A stretch of DNA of 64,000 nucleotides, taken from positions 1 through 64,000 of the IMG/VR virus record IMGVR_UViG_3300035661_000042; one strand, written 5' to 3'. The notes under the pieces are model-generated. The model was not told the DNA's origin, ran no database searches, and saw only the letters and a program-made list of their open reading frames with translations. Made by a program: the position numbers and the translations under genes. Shown here one piece after another: positions 28,144-37,600 of this stretch (the first letter of the stretch is position 1; each line of letters begins with the position of its first letter). The DNA is from a virus.

Positions 28144-28816
28144 TTACACCAAACTGAACACGGCTCAGATTTGTTGTTACTGCTGGTACGTTATCGGGGA
28201 TATCAATTGTTAGTTCGTTGATGACAGGCATACCACCAACTACAAGAGTATCCTGTAACACTGCGTTGACGTAGATCGCCATTGTTGTCTTATCAGCATT
28301 GAACTCAAATCGCAGCGTAACAGGAACGTTTGCCGTCACCGCACCAACGTCACCAGTAAATTGATCCGAAACATTACTACCGCCACTGAGATTGTTATCG
28401 CCGTACACATACAAGTTCCACTGACCAGCATTCACTGAAACCTCAAAATACCATCCAGTCCATAGAGTGTAGTTATTTTCACGGATATTGACCGTGATAC
28501 TTCCACCAAATACAAGAGTAGACGATTCAACATCCACTTCAAGAAACGAAGGAACAGTGGTTGGCATTGTCCATATTGACGGCACAATAGAGAGTTGTCC
28601 TGAAGTGCGGGTCGACGAAAGAAGTCCTCCAGACACCACGCCCTGCGTTAATGCTCGGCCGTCAGTATTATTGATAGGATGCAGCGCCCATGCGTGTAAA
28701 CTATCAGTGATGCGCCCGTCTAATGAACCAGAGCCAGTGAACGTGTCAAGAAACGACACTGGTACGGGAGCTATCCTAGGTGACCACAACGGGGCCATTA
28801 GTGCAATGTTGATCAC
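28139..28816 (-). CDS. putative virion protein, beta-sandwich-like (225 aa)
   Basis: FLDTFTGSG motif shared with the C-terminal domain of 54994..56787. Confidence 0.55.
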   Translation of the reverse strand: MINIALMAPLWSPRIAPVPVSFLDTFTGSGSLDGRITDSLHAWALHPINNTDGRALTQGVVSGGLLSSTRTSGQLSIVPSIWTMPTTVPSFLEVDVESSTLVFGGSITVNIRENNYTLWTGWYFEVSVNAGQWNLYVYGDNNLSGGSNVSDQFTGDVGAVTANVPVTLRFEFNADKTTMAIYVNAVLQDTLVVGGMPVINELTIDIPDNVPAVTTNLSRVQFGVI

Positions 28817-28817
28817 A

Positions 28818-29159
28818 TTATGCTGCCGTTAGATTACCTTCAACATCCCACCGGTCTGTACCAGTTTTCATCAACGTAATCTTACCGTTCAGCTTACGAA
28901 TTGATAGTGTTTCAGGTGTTCGGAATGTTACACCAGCTCCGTCGACCGTTACTGTGCCATCACCCGCTTGTCCAAGCACAACAGTAGTGCCAATGTCACA
29001 AGGTAGTACAGCATTCGTTGGAATAGTGTATGTTGTTGCCCCTGCATTAGCGATCAACACAACGTTACCGAAGTGTGTATCAAGCATTGCTTGTGAAGCA
29101 ACATACTCAAATACTGTTACTACCGGCAGTTGCGAAGGGTGGAGACGTGATTGTGACAT
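28818..29159 (-). CDS. small fibre-module protein (113 aa)
   Basis: TIPTNA..IGT..GTVTV..TPETLSI..W..EGNL matches an internal domain of 30443..32614. Confidence 0.6.
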   Translation of the reverse strand: MSQSRLHPSQLPVVTVFEYVASQAMLDTHFGNVVLIANAGATTYTIPTNAVLPCDIGTTVVLGQAGDGTVTVDGAGVTFRTPETLSIRKLNGKITLMKTGTDRWDVEGNLTAA

Positions 29160-29178
29160 ATTAGGGTCCTTAGATTAG

Positions 29179-30384
29179 TTAGGCGTAAGCAAATACTGCA
29201 ATATCGTCGTTGAGAGCCAACCCAGAAGCAAATGTGATCTGACTTGCACCTGTTACTGTAAATGCCTTTGACGAACCCTCTTGTTGCAGAACACCATTGC
29301 GGTATACTTGGATATACGCAGTAGTAGCTGTTTTTGCAGTAGTAAGCAACGGCGAGGTGTTAACTACTGTTTGAGCTGCGGTCGCAACAAGCTGGATGTG
29401 GTGTGGAACACCAACCGACGGAGCAGGAGCAGCAACTGTGGTAATAGCTGAACGAAGCAGAATGGTGTTGATATCAACAACCGTAGCCACTACTACTGGG
29501 TTTGGTGGTGGAGTTGGTGTTAGGTCACCAGTCAAGCTGACATACAGAGGTGCATTTACACCTGCAACTGTCCAATTCCACAAAGGATTAGTGATCAAGC
29601 CTTCCATCGCAACATTGACTACTTCACCAATAACAACCCCAATGTCAATCATACCATATGCACCATTCGTTGTTGTAACGTTTGTTGCAAGGGTGATCTT
29701 GTTGAAATCAACGAAGTGAACAATGCTGTATGCAGGAATGTTGGCAGTCGCAACAGCTTCAATGTTGATTGCGGCAATCTTTAATTGGCCGGCCGAAGCA
29801 GCACCAGTAACAACAACATCTTCTGTTGTGAAGAAGTATCCACCAAGGCGCTTGATTGCGTCTCCGTTGATGTCGTACAAGATTGGACCAACCATCGTAG
29901 GAATTGCAGTCAGTGTGCTGATCTGCGATCCTTCGTATGCTGGGTTGGCGACGCCAACGCTTTGCAGAACGGATCCGTTATCCAGCTTTGCAGCAAATAC
30001 ACGAATCTTTTTCAACCAACGACCAGTGCCAGTAAACACCTTCATTACATTGTTTGTCGTGTCAAACCAATGTTGGTCAACTGCTGGTGCAGAAGGTGCA
30101 ACAGGAGAATCAACAGGGGCGATCAACGTATGACCAAACGTGCGTAGTCCTGTCAACGGGTCAAGATCCCAGTACAACCAATAATCTTGTACCCCTGATG
30201 CAAATGGGCCAGTCCAAGCACTTACGACAGAAACACGCTCTGTATGCAAGTAATCCGTTGGTCCATCCGCCAGAGCCACCGAAACGTACGCAGGAGCTGC
30301 GACATTAAGATTGACCGTAGCACCATTTAGTTGAAGAAACCCAGGAGGCGCGATTACGATGCCTTGGCGAAAATTGATACGCAT
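29179..30384 (-). CDS. virion structural protein, paralog 1 (401 aa)
   Basis: MRINFRQGI..WLYWD..TG.RTFG..QHWFDT N-terminal region shared by three tandem genes. Confidence 0.7.
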   Translation of the reverse strand: MRINFRQGIVIAPPGFLQLNGATVNLNVAAPAYVSVALADGPTDYLHTERVSVVSAWTGPFASGVQDYWLYWDLDPLTGLRTFGHTLIAPVDSPVAPSAPAVDQHWFDTTNNVMKVFTGTGRWLKKIRVFAAKLDNGSVLQSVGVANPAYEGSQISTLTAIPTMVGPILYDINGDAIKRLGGYFFTTEDVVVTGAASAGQLKIAAINIEAVATANIPAYSIVHFVDFNKITLATNVTTTNGAYGMIDIGVVIGEVVNVAMEGLITNPLWNWTVAGVNAPLYVSLTGDLTPTPPPNPVVVATVVDINTILLRSAITTVAAPAPSVGVPHHIQLVATAAQTVVNTSPLLTTAKTATTAYIQVYRNGVLQQEGSSKAFTVTGASQITFASGLALNDDIAVFAYA

Positions 30385-30411
30385 GATGTTGTTCCTTAGT
30401 AGAGGGTACAG

Positions 30412-30419
30412 TATTTATA
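30412..30419 (-). promoter_or_regulatory. T4 late promoter consensus TATAAATA
   Basis: exact TATAAATA 28 nt upstream of ATG 30384. Confidence 0.65.
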
Positions 30420-30442
30420 TTTGATACGGTTGTTTTGTGGTA

Positions 30443-32614
30443 TTACACGCCTGGCCACGAAAGATTCAACACACCCGTTGTTACGGTTTGTACAGAGCCT
30501 GTGTAGTCAGATGTAATAGTAACGAGGAATGAACCAGCCTTCGCTGCTCCGGTATCAGCGTATCCCCACCGCAAAGAGCCAAATGCATATGTGGTATATT
30601 GCGCACCCAATGTGCCAACCGCTCCACCTTGTGCGCCGGCATATGTCATTACATCGCCACTCAATTGTGTTACTGTGATCAGCAACGTATCACCACCTGG
30701 GATTACTGTACAAGGGTTTGACAAATAACTTGACAAAGTAACGTTGTTGATATCAGTAACCACACCAATACTGTTAATCAGAACAGCATTGACGCCTGTC
30801 ATATCAACACCGTTCATGAAATTTTGTTTGAAAATCAAAACATTTGGTATAGTACATCCTGTCGTAAATGACCCAAGAATCGGTCCGCCTGATGACTCTG
30901 AAAATTCAATCAACATCGTAAACGCTGCAAGACTTGAATGTGACCGTGTAACGTACCACGATGGTTCTTCCGGGGCAGTTGGTCCAAACTGGGTCCATAC
31001 GCCCTCCGCAGTTCCCACTCTACCGTACGGAATTGGAGTGGTAACAAGCGTAACTCCACCAGTTAGAACGGTTGCGCGAGCCCATTGAAATGTTGGTAAA
31101 GCTGTACACCACACTTGTAATACTGAAAATTGGTAGTTATTGAAGACTGATGTAAATGCGTCTTCTAATGTTCCTGTGGTGCTTGCAAGGATGTTGGTAG
31201 TAATTTGCGAGAGATATACGCCGTATGTTAATGTTTCTGGCCCTGCTGGCTGTACAGTCAGGCTTGGATACAAAACATTGAACGTACATTGTGCATTGAT
31301 TGGAAGCACAGTAAATTGTGTTTGTGCACGCAACTGGCCGTCAATTTCCCACGTATTTGCAGCAACCTTAATGGCAATTACACGCCCGTATTTGCGTTCA
31401 ATCGTCAAGCTTTGTGGGCTACGTACCACTACTCCACTCGAACCACGCACAGTGACTGTACCAAAATCAGAAGAGGACAGAATCACTTCTGCACCAATTG
31501 GAATTGCAACAGCGGCATCAGTTGGTAGATATACATATCCGTCTGTTCCAAAAGGAACACTAACCCGAACCATGGTTGAAATTCCGTCTGCTAATACCAA
31601 GACGTAGTTGTTGGATACTTCTTTGATTGTCAAGTTTTGTGGAGCGGCAGGGCCTGCGGTTCCACCATTGACCACAACAATCGAAGCTCGCAATAGAATT
31701 GTGTTAGTATCAACCACTGTTGCAACAACTGTTGCTTGTGGGGGCTGAACTGTCGTCAGTTCACCCGTCATACTAACGTACAGAGGCGCATTTACGCCTG
31801 CTGACACCCAGTTCCACAACGGATTTGTTACCAATCCTTCAACAGAAACGTTGACAACAGCTCCTGCCGACGCAGCCCCTTCAATTAACCCATAAGCACC
31901 AGAAGTTGTCAGGTTGGTAGCAAGGTCAATTTGATTAAAATCTGTGAAATGAACAATGCTGTAAGCAGGAATGTTTGCCACGGCAACTGCTTGAATGGCG
32001 ATTGCTCCAATTTTTAGTTGAGCTGCTGATGCAACCCCTGTAACAACAACATCTTCTGTTGTGAAGAAGAATCCATTTCGCTTAACTGCATCACCGTTGA
32101 CGTCAAATACCAATGCTCCAACACTTGTTGGAACGGCTTCAAGTGTACTGACTTGTGAACCTGTAAACGCTGGATTATCAGCACCAACACTTTGTAGAAT
32201 GGATCCGTTGTCCAGCTTTGCAGCAAACACACGAATTTTGTTGACCCAGCGACCAGTACCAGTAAACACTTTCATTCTGTTGGTAGACGTATCAAACCAA
32301 TGCTGGTCAACTGCTGGTGTAGGTGGGGCAGTGGAAGATGCGACAGGTGCAAGCAGGGTATGTCCAAACGTGCGTTGTCCTGTTAGGGTATTGATGTCCC
32401 AGAACAACCAATAAGATTGTGGGCCAGCGGCAAACGGACCAGTCCAAGCGCTTGTAATTGGCAACCGTTCAGTGTGAAGGTAATCTGTTATCCCGTCAGC
32501 AAAAGCAACATTGACTTGATCAAGTGGAGCAAGAGCGAGGTTAACAGTTGTTCCGTTCAGTTGTAGAAAGCTGGGTGGTGCTGTGACAATACCTTGTCTA
32601 AATTGGATGCGCAT
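30443..32614 (-). CDS. virion structural protein, paralog 2 (723 aa)
   Basis: same roughly 315-aa N-terminal region with different C-terminal domains. Confidence 0.7.
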   Translation of the reverse strand: MRIQFRQGIVTAPPSFLQLNGTTVNLALAPLDQVNVAFADGITDYLHTERLPITSAWTGPFAAGPQSYWLFWDINTLTGQRTFGHTLLAPVASSTAPPTPAVDQHWFDTSTNRMKVFTGTGRWVNKIRVFAAKLDNGSILQSVGADNPAFTGSQVSTLEAVPTSVGALVFDVNGDAVKRNGFFFTTEDVVVTGVASAAQLKIGAIAIQAVAVANIPAYSIVHFTDFNQIDLATNLTTSGAYGLIEGAASAGAVVNVSVEGLVTNPLWNWVSAGVNAPLYVSMTGELTTVQPPQATVVATVVDTNTILLRASIVVVNGGTAGPAAPQNLTIKEVSNNYVLVLADGISTMVRVSVPFGTDGYVYLPTDAAVAIPIGAEVILSSSDFGTVTVRGSSGVVVRSPQSLTIERKYGRVIAIKVAANTWEIDGQLRAQTQFTVLPINAQCTFNVLYPSLTVQPAGPETLTYGVYLSQITTNILASTTGTLEDAFTSVFNNYQFSVLQVWCTALPTFQWARATVLTGGVTLVTTPIPYGRVGTAEGVWTQFGPTAPEEPSWYVTRSHSSLAAFTMLIEFSESSGGPILGSFTTGCTIPNVLIFKQNFMNGVDMTGVNAVLINSIGVVTDINNVTLSSYLSNPCTVIPGGDTLLITVTQLSGDVMTYAGAQGGAVGTLGAQYTTYAFGSLRWGYADTGAAKAGSFLVTITSDYTGSVQTVTTGVLNLSWPGV

Positions 32615-34590
32615 TATATTGTTCCTACTATTGTAATAATCAAACCGACTGCGCCTGTGCCAGCACTGGTTATGTTGACAGTGATTCGATCACCATACGC
32701 AAACGTTGTAATATTTGCTGCTAATCCTTGCGTTGAACCAGACGTAATCGTTGTTGTGTGTATCACACTGCCGTTTTTCGATATTGTTGCCACAACGCTG
32801 CCAGAAGAACTTGCTGTCAACAAATCACCACGAATTGTAGTTGATGTAAAGTCACGAGGTGCAACTGCAATCGCTGCGTTAGTCTTAATTGCAACTGCGT
32901 TTGTTGTATCAGAGCACGCCAACGTCAAGTCGTACGGAATTGTGACAATAGCTGGCGGCGGACCACCAACCAAGTATCCAACGTGTACCACATCAGAATA
33001 TCCCGGAGGTGGATTGTTGGTAACATCGGTTACAATAAACGTGTGGTTGAAATAATCAAAAAACACGGTAATGTCGTGCGTATGTGCAAGGATACTGCCG
33101 TTAGATGAAGATGTAATTACCACACTTGGTTGTGATATATCTGCAACGTTGTTTGCTGGATTGGTCGTTTGTATCAACATTTCTGCCTGGGCCATTGTCA
33201 TCAATGCCCAGTGATAGTGAGTGGGATTTGCAGTTGGTGGTACACCAACTTGAAACAAGAATCCTCCACCCTGAATTGTACCTGGCAGCCAATTTGCTCC
33301 ATTATATACCAGCGCGTCGTTGAGAACTGCACCTGCTGTATTGACATCTGTTAGGCTATCTAACGTATACGCTTTTGTGTCAACGTACTGTTTTGTAGCA
33401 GCCCCGAGATTAGTAACGGGGTTTGCACTCAACACCAACGGACCAGTCATCGTATCACCGGCCTTCAATACCTTATTGTTCAGTCGTGGATCGTTGTCGC
33501 CGACAACGATTGGTGCATCTACATCAGCAGCGTTGACAGACAAGCGCGAAATACCGTACGTTGATGCAGTAGCCAATTGTACGCCACCCGCAAGGCCAGG
33601 CTCACCACGATCACCCTTACCACCAAGCCCTTGGTCAAACAAAATGCTGGTAGGAGTAACAACACGTGCAACGGGAACTTGGCTGTTTGGATACACAAAT
33701 GCGTTGGCAACGTGTGGATCAACATTTGTCAATACGCCGGCTTCTGAAATCCACAACTTTGCGCCGACTGTTTGCCAATTCCAGCTTGGATTTGTTACGT
33801 GGCCTTGTACGCAAATTGTGCCAACTTCTTGGCCGTCGAGGTCTTCCATTGCCATTGCAATTGTCGTATTACCCGTATCATTGTAGCCTGCCAAACTGAT
33901 AAGTCCGAATGCACTGAACTTGACAACTTGGAACTTCGCTATCGGCTCATACGCGGTGGCAGTAAGTATGTTTGCTTCAAGTCTGATTACGTTGACAGGC
34001 GAACCATTGACAAAGAACGTATCTTCTGATGTGAAGAATTTTCCATCAGAGCGTCGCACAGGAAGTCCTGTATCTCCAACGATGATTCGACCAGCTGATT
34101 TGTTCGGTGTTGTTAATCCAGCTTGTGTTCCGGCAAATGGACGACCAGCATATCCAGTTCCAAGGGGAGTAAACGTTGAATTGTTTGCTTGTGCAGCAAA
34201 TACACGCAATGCTTCTCGAAAAATTCCAGACGTGTACACATACATTTTTCGTTCAAACGTGTTGAACCAATGTTGGTTTTCCACAGGGGAGGATGGAGGT
34301 GCAGTGGAATAAACAGGCGCCAATGTTGTGAATCCAAATGTGCGGACGCCTGTTTGTAGGTTGATATCCCAGTACAACCAGCAATCAGTGCTTGATGGAA
34401 GCGGACCCCAGGCGTTTGTTACGTTGGAAGACTCTGACAGTAGGTAGTTTTCAGATCCGTATGCAAGTGTAATGTCTGTGCGCCCATTGGCTGTTGTCAG
34501 GGAGACAAATCCACCCGAATACGACAGGAACGATTGCAGTCCGCTGTCAATCGGATATGTGATTACGCCCTGTTGGAAGTCTAAATTCAT
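32614..34590 (-). CDS. virion structural protein, paralog 3 (658 aa)
   Basis: same N-terminal region; GDRGEPG collagen-like stretch, KAGDTMTG/AATKQYVD fibre repeat, HTH motif. Confidence 0.7.
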   Translation of the reverse strand: MNLDFQQGVITYPIDSGLQSFLSYSGGFVSLTTANGRTDITLAYGSENYLLSESSNVTNAWGPLPSSTDCWLYWDINLQTGVRTFGFTTLAPVYSTAPPSSPVENQHWFNTFERKMYVYTSGIFREALRVFAAQANNSTFTPLGTGYAGRPFAGTQAGLTTPNKSAGRIIVGDTGLPVRRSDGKFFTSEDTFFVNGSPVNVIRLEANILTATAYEPIAKFQVVKFSAFGLISLAGYNDTGNTTIAMAMEDLDGQEVGTICVQGHVTNPSWNWQTVGAKLWISEAGVLTNVDPHVANAFVYPNSQVPVARVVTPTSILFDQGLGGKGDRGEPGLAGGVQLATASTYGISRLSVNAADVDAPIVVGDNDPRLNNKVLKAGDTMTGPLVLSANPVTNLGAATKQYVDTKAYTLDSLTDVNTAGAVLNDALVYNGANWLPGTIQGGGFLFQVGVPPTANPTHYHWALMTMAQAEMLIQTTNPANNVADISQPSVVITSSSNGSILAHTHDITVFFDYFNHTFIVTDVTNNPPPGYSDVVHVGYLVGGPPPAIVTIPYDLTLACSDTTNAVAIKTNAAIAVAPRDFTSTTIRGDLLTASSSGSVVATISKNGSVIHTTTITSGSTQGLAANITTFAYGDRITVNITSAGTGAVGLIITIVGTI

Positions 34591-34623
34591 ACGGGATACC
34601 TCGAAAGTTGTCCCGTATTTATC
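34589..34623 (-). promoter_or_regulatory. late promoter (GATAAATA) overlapping a hairpin that covers the start codon of 32614..34590
   Basis: ATAAATA at 34616-34622; ATACGGGA/TCCCGTAT inverted repeat at 34589-34596 and 34611-34618. Confidence 0.55.
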
Positions 34624-34650
34624 AGTTGCCTACATCACCAGCGATAGCTA

Positions 34651-37600
34651 TCAGATTCTCGATACTATCACAGACTGGAACGTATTTGTCGTTGTAGTAG
34701 CAGCAGTTACGTGTGATAGTCCAAGAATCAGTGCACCAGTGGTGTTGATTGTTGTTGCACCACCAGCGTTCACAACATTACCAGTTGCAGCAGATGTAAT
34801 ACCGGTTGCGCCGTTATTCATCAGGTTACCGTAACAATATACTGATCCTGATGCACCAATTGCACGAACAACGAAGAACAATGTCACAACAAACGGAACT
34901 GTTGTACCAGACGTCGCCGCCGTTGCTGTCAGTGTTGTCAGTGCAGTATCTGCGGTTGTACCAGCAGCACCGAGCCTTGGTGTAAATGTTGTTACGTTGG
35001 CAACCGTCGAAGTACAAGTGCCGTATGCAGTGATACGGAATGTATCACCAACTGCCAATGTATTGGCAGCAATGCTGAATGTTGTTGGTGCAATATATGT
35101 TGCCGTTGTGTTCAACGCAGCTGACGCAGCTGTTGTTGCTTTTGTAGGCAGGGTAAAGCTTGCCGTAACAGCGCCAGTAGCAGCAGACATTGTAATTTGG
35201 TTTGCTGTACCAGCAATAGAAGTAACAACTGACGCCCAAACAGGAGCTGTTGTTGCTCCTTGGGAGGTTAGGGCTTGTCCAGAGGTACCAGCACTACTAT
35301 TAAGTTGCAGTGATCCGTTTGTTGGAATTATGAGGTTAATGACACCCGGGGTGCCTGATCCAGTTCTGGCGCCAGCAGTTAATGTAACACTACCGCCAGC
35401 ACTATTACCCGCACCCGACGCAGAAGTTCCTGTTATTGCAACACTACCGCCAGGGCCACCAATAATGTACGAATCTCCACCCTTAACAGTTACAGTTCCT
35501 GGTAGAGGAGACCCTGTATCAATATTTGGAGCACCACCTGCAATGTTGACCGCACCGCCAGCTCCGCCTGAAGTGCCACCCGTGCCACCAGAGATTGTAA
35601 TTGTGCCGCCAGCTTGCGTTCCGCCGCCGCCCGATCCAGCAGTGGCGGATATACTTCCACCTGTTGTTGTACCACTACCAGAGCCAGCCGTCAGGGAAAC
35701 ACCTCCTGCAAAACTGCCTGATGCGTTAGCACCCGTCAACGATATGCTGCCAGCAGTACCGTTTGTTGGAACTCCACCGTTAATCGCAATATTACCGCCG
35801 CTACCTGATGTACTACCGCCTGGGCCACCAGTAATTGTCAAAGCATTACCGGATGCAGTTGCATTTGCAGCATCGCCAGGAATAACATTGAGGGCTGTTC
35901 CAGTTGTTGTTGTAATGCTGTTTGTTGCTGTTCCTGCAATGATGCTACCTGTTGCTTGTACGGAGCCAGGTGCAATCAACGTAGACGGCAGAGAAACAAC
36001 AACTGCACCTGTTGTTGGAGTGGAAGTTACTTGGTTTGCTGTGCCAGTGACGGAAGACACAGCGCCACCACCACCAACAACAGTATTCGATACAATATAC
36101 CATTGTGTTGCACTGATTGCTGTTACTTCCAACGTACCGTTGGCGATTATGGTGACAGCAACGTTAGCACCGAGTGCATCAATTTGAGCTCCTGATGCCG
36201 GATAAGCCAACAGTGCATTTGCACCGCGATTCGTAACCCGGACAGTTCTACCAGCCAACCCAGCAGGCAATACGACACCTGTACCCGATGCAGTTGTTGT
36301 TACAACTGCATAATCGGTAGTTAGTACTGTGCCGGTGCCTTGTGTCGTACCAGCAGCAGTAATGCTGTTCGTTGCAGACGACTGCAACGATGTAGTGATT
36401 TGTAATGAGCCAGGGGCTACCAACGTTGACGAAAGACCAACAGTAACTGCACCAGTTGCGGCGGAAACTGTTGTTTGATTTGCTGTTGCAACATTCGACG
36501 TAACACCGGTGTTATTGATAGTTAATGTGCCGGCGCCAGCTGTGATGGAGATGCCAGTAGAGACACCTAGCGTAGCTACTGTATAGGTTGTACCATTACC
36601 AACCAATAGCTGGCCGTTGGTTGGGGTTGTTGTTACACCGGTACCGCCGTTACCAACACCAACCGTACCCGAAAGAGCGATGGATGGAGCACCAGCTACG
36701 CCGTCAGCATTAGTAACAGTGATATTTGTGCCTGAGCCAAGTGTGCGCGTAGTCCACGTATCTGCTGCTGTGCGAACAGCTATACCAGTTGTAGCCAACC
36801 CTTCAACTGCTGCCAAGTCGTTTGCAAGCGCAATCGTTGATGTTGCAGCAGGTGTTTGTGCTACACCACTGTTTGTAACTGTAATGCCTGCGCCTGGTTG
36901 TGTCACTGTAACAGATGTGACAGTTCCTGAACCACCAGCAGAAGTATTTGATACAGTATACCACTGTGTTGCACTGATTGCGTTTATTTGTAACGTACCG
37001 TTGACAATCACAGAAATTGCAACGTTTGAACCAAGTGCATCAATTTGAGCACCAGATGCTGGGTATACTAACAGTGCATTTGCACCGCGATTCGTAACCC
37101 GGACAGTTCTACCAGCCAACCCAGCAGGCAATACGACACCTGTACCCGATGCAGTTGTTGTTACAACTGCATAATCGGTAGTTAGTACTGTGCCGGTGCC
37201 TTGTGTCGTACCAGCAGCAGTAATGCTGTTCGTTGCAGACGTCTGCAACGATGTGGTGATTTGTAATGAGCCTGGTGCAATTAACACTGATGCAAGGCCG
37301 ATTGTGACAGCACCGGTTGCACCGGATACTGTCGTCTGGTTTGCTGTTGCGACGTTTGATGTCACACTAACTGCTGGTGATTGCCACGTCGGCGCTGTTG
37401 TAGCACCTGTTGAGGTTAACAGTTGTCCCGACGTACCAGTTGCTGCACCACCGGTTCCAATTGACCACGCTCCGTTTGCAAGAATTCGAAGACGTTCTGT
37501 CAATGACGTCGCGCCCGTGCTTAATACAACATATCCACCACTACCTGATGTTGTCAATCCACCGTTGATAGAGACATTACCACCAGAAGTACCGCCTGTA

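Noticed and set aside
34997-36187. Long antisense ORFs, such as the 396-aa plus-strand ORF and many 60-240 aa shadows
   Set aside because: They mirror Gly/Thr/Ala-rich genes on the opposite strand, give P/V/A-rich translations and lack SD or promoter support.
36209-37241. Diversity-generating retroelement TR/VR pair
   Set aside because: The copies look identical rather than differing at adenines, both are mid-gene, and no reverse transcriptase is present in the window.
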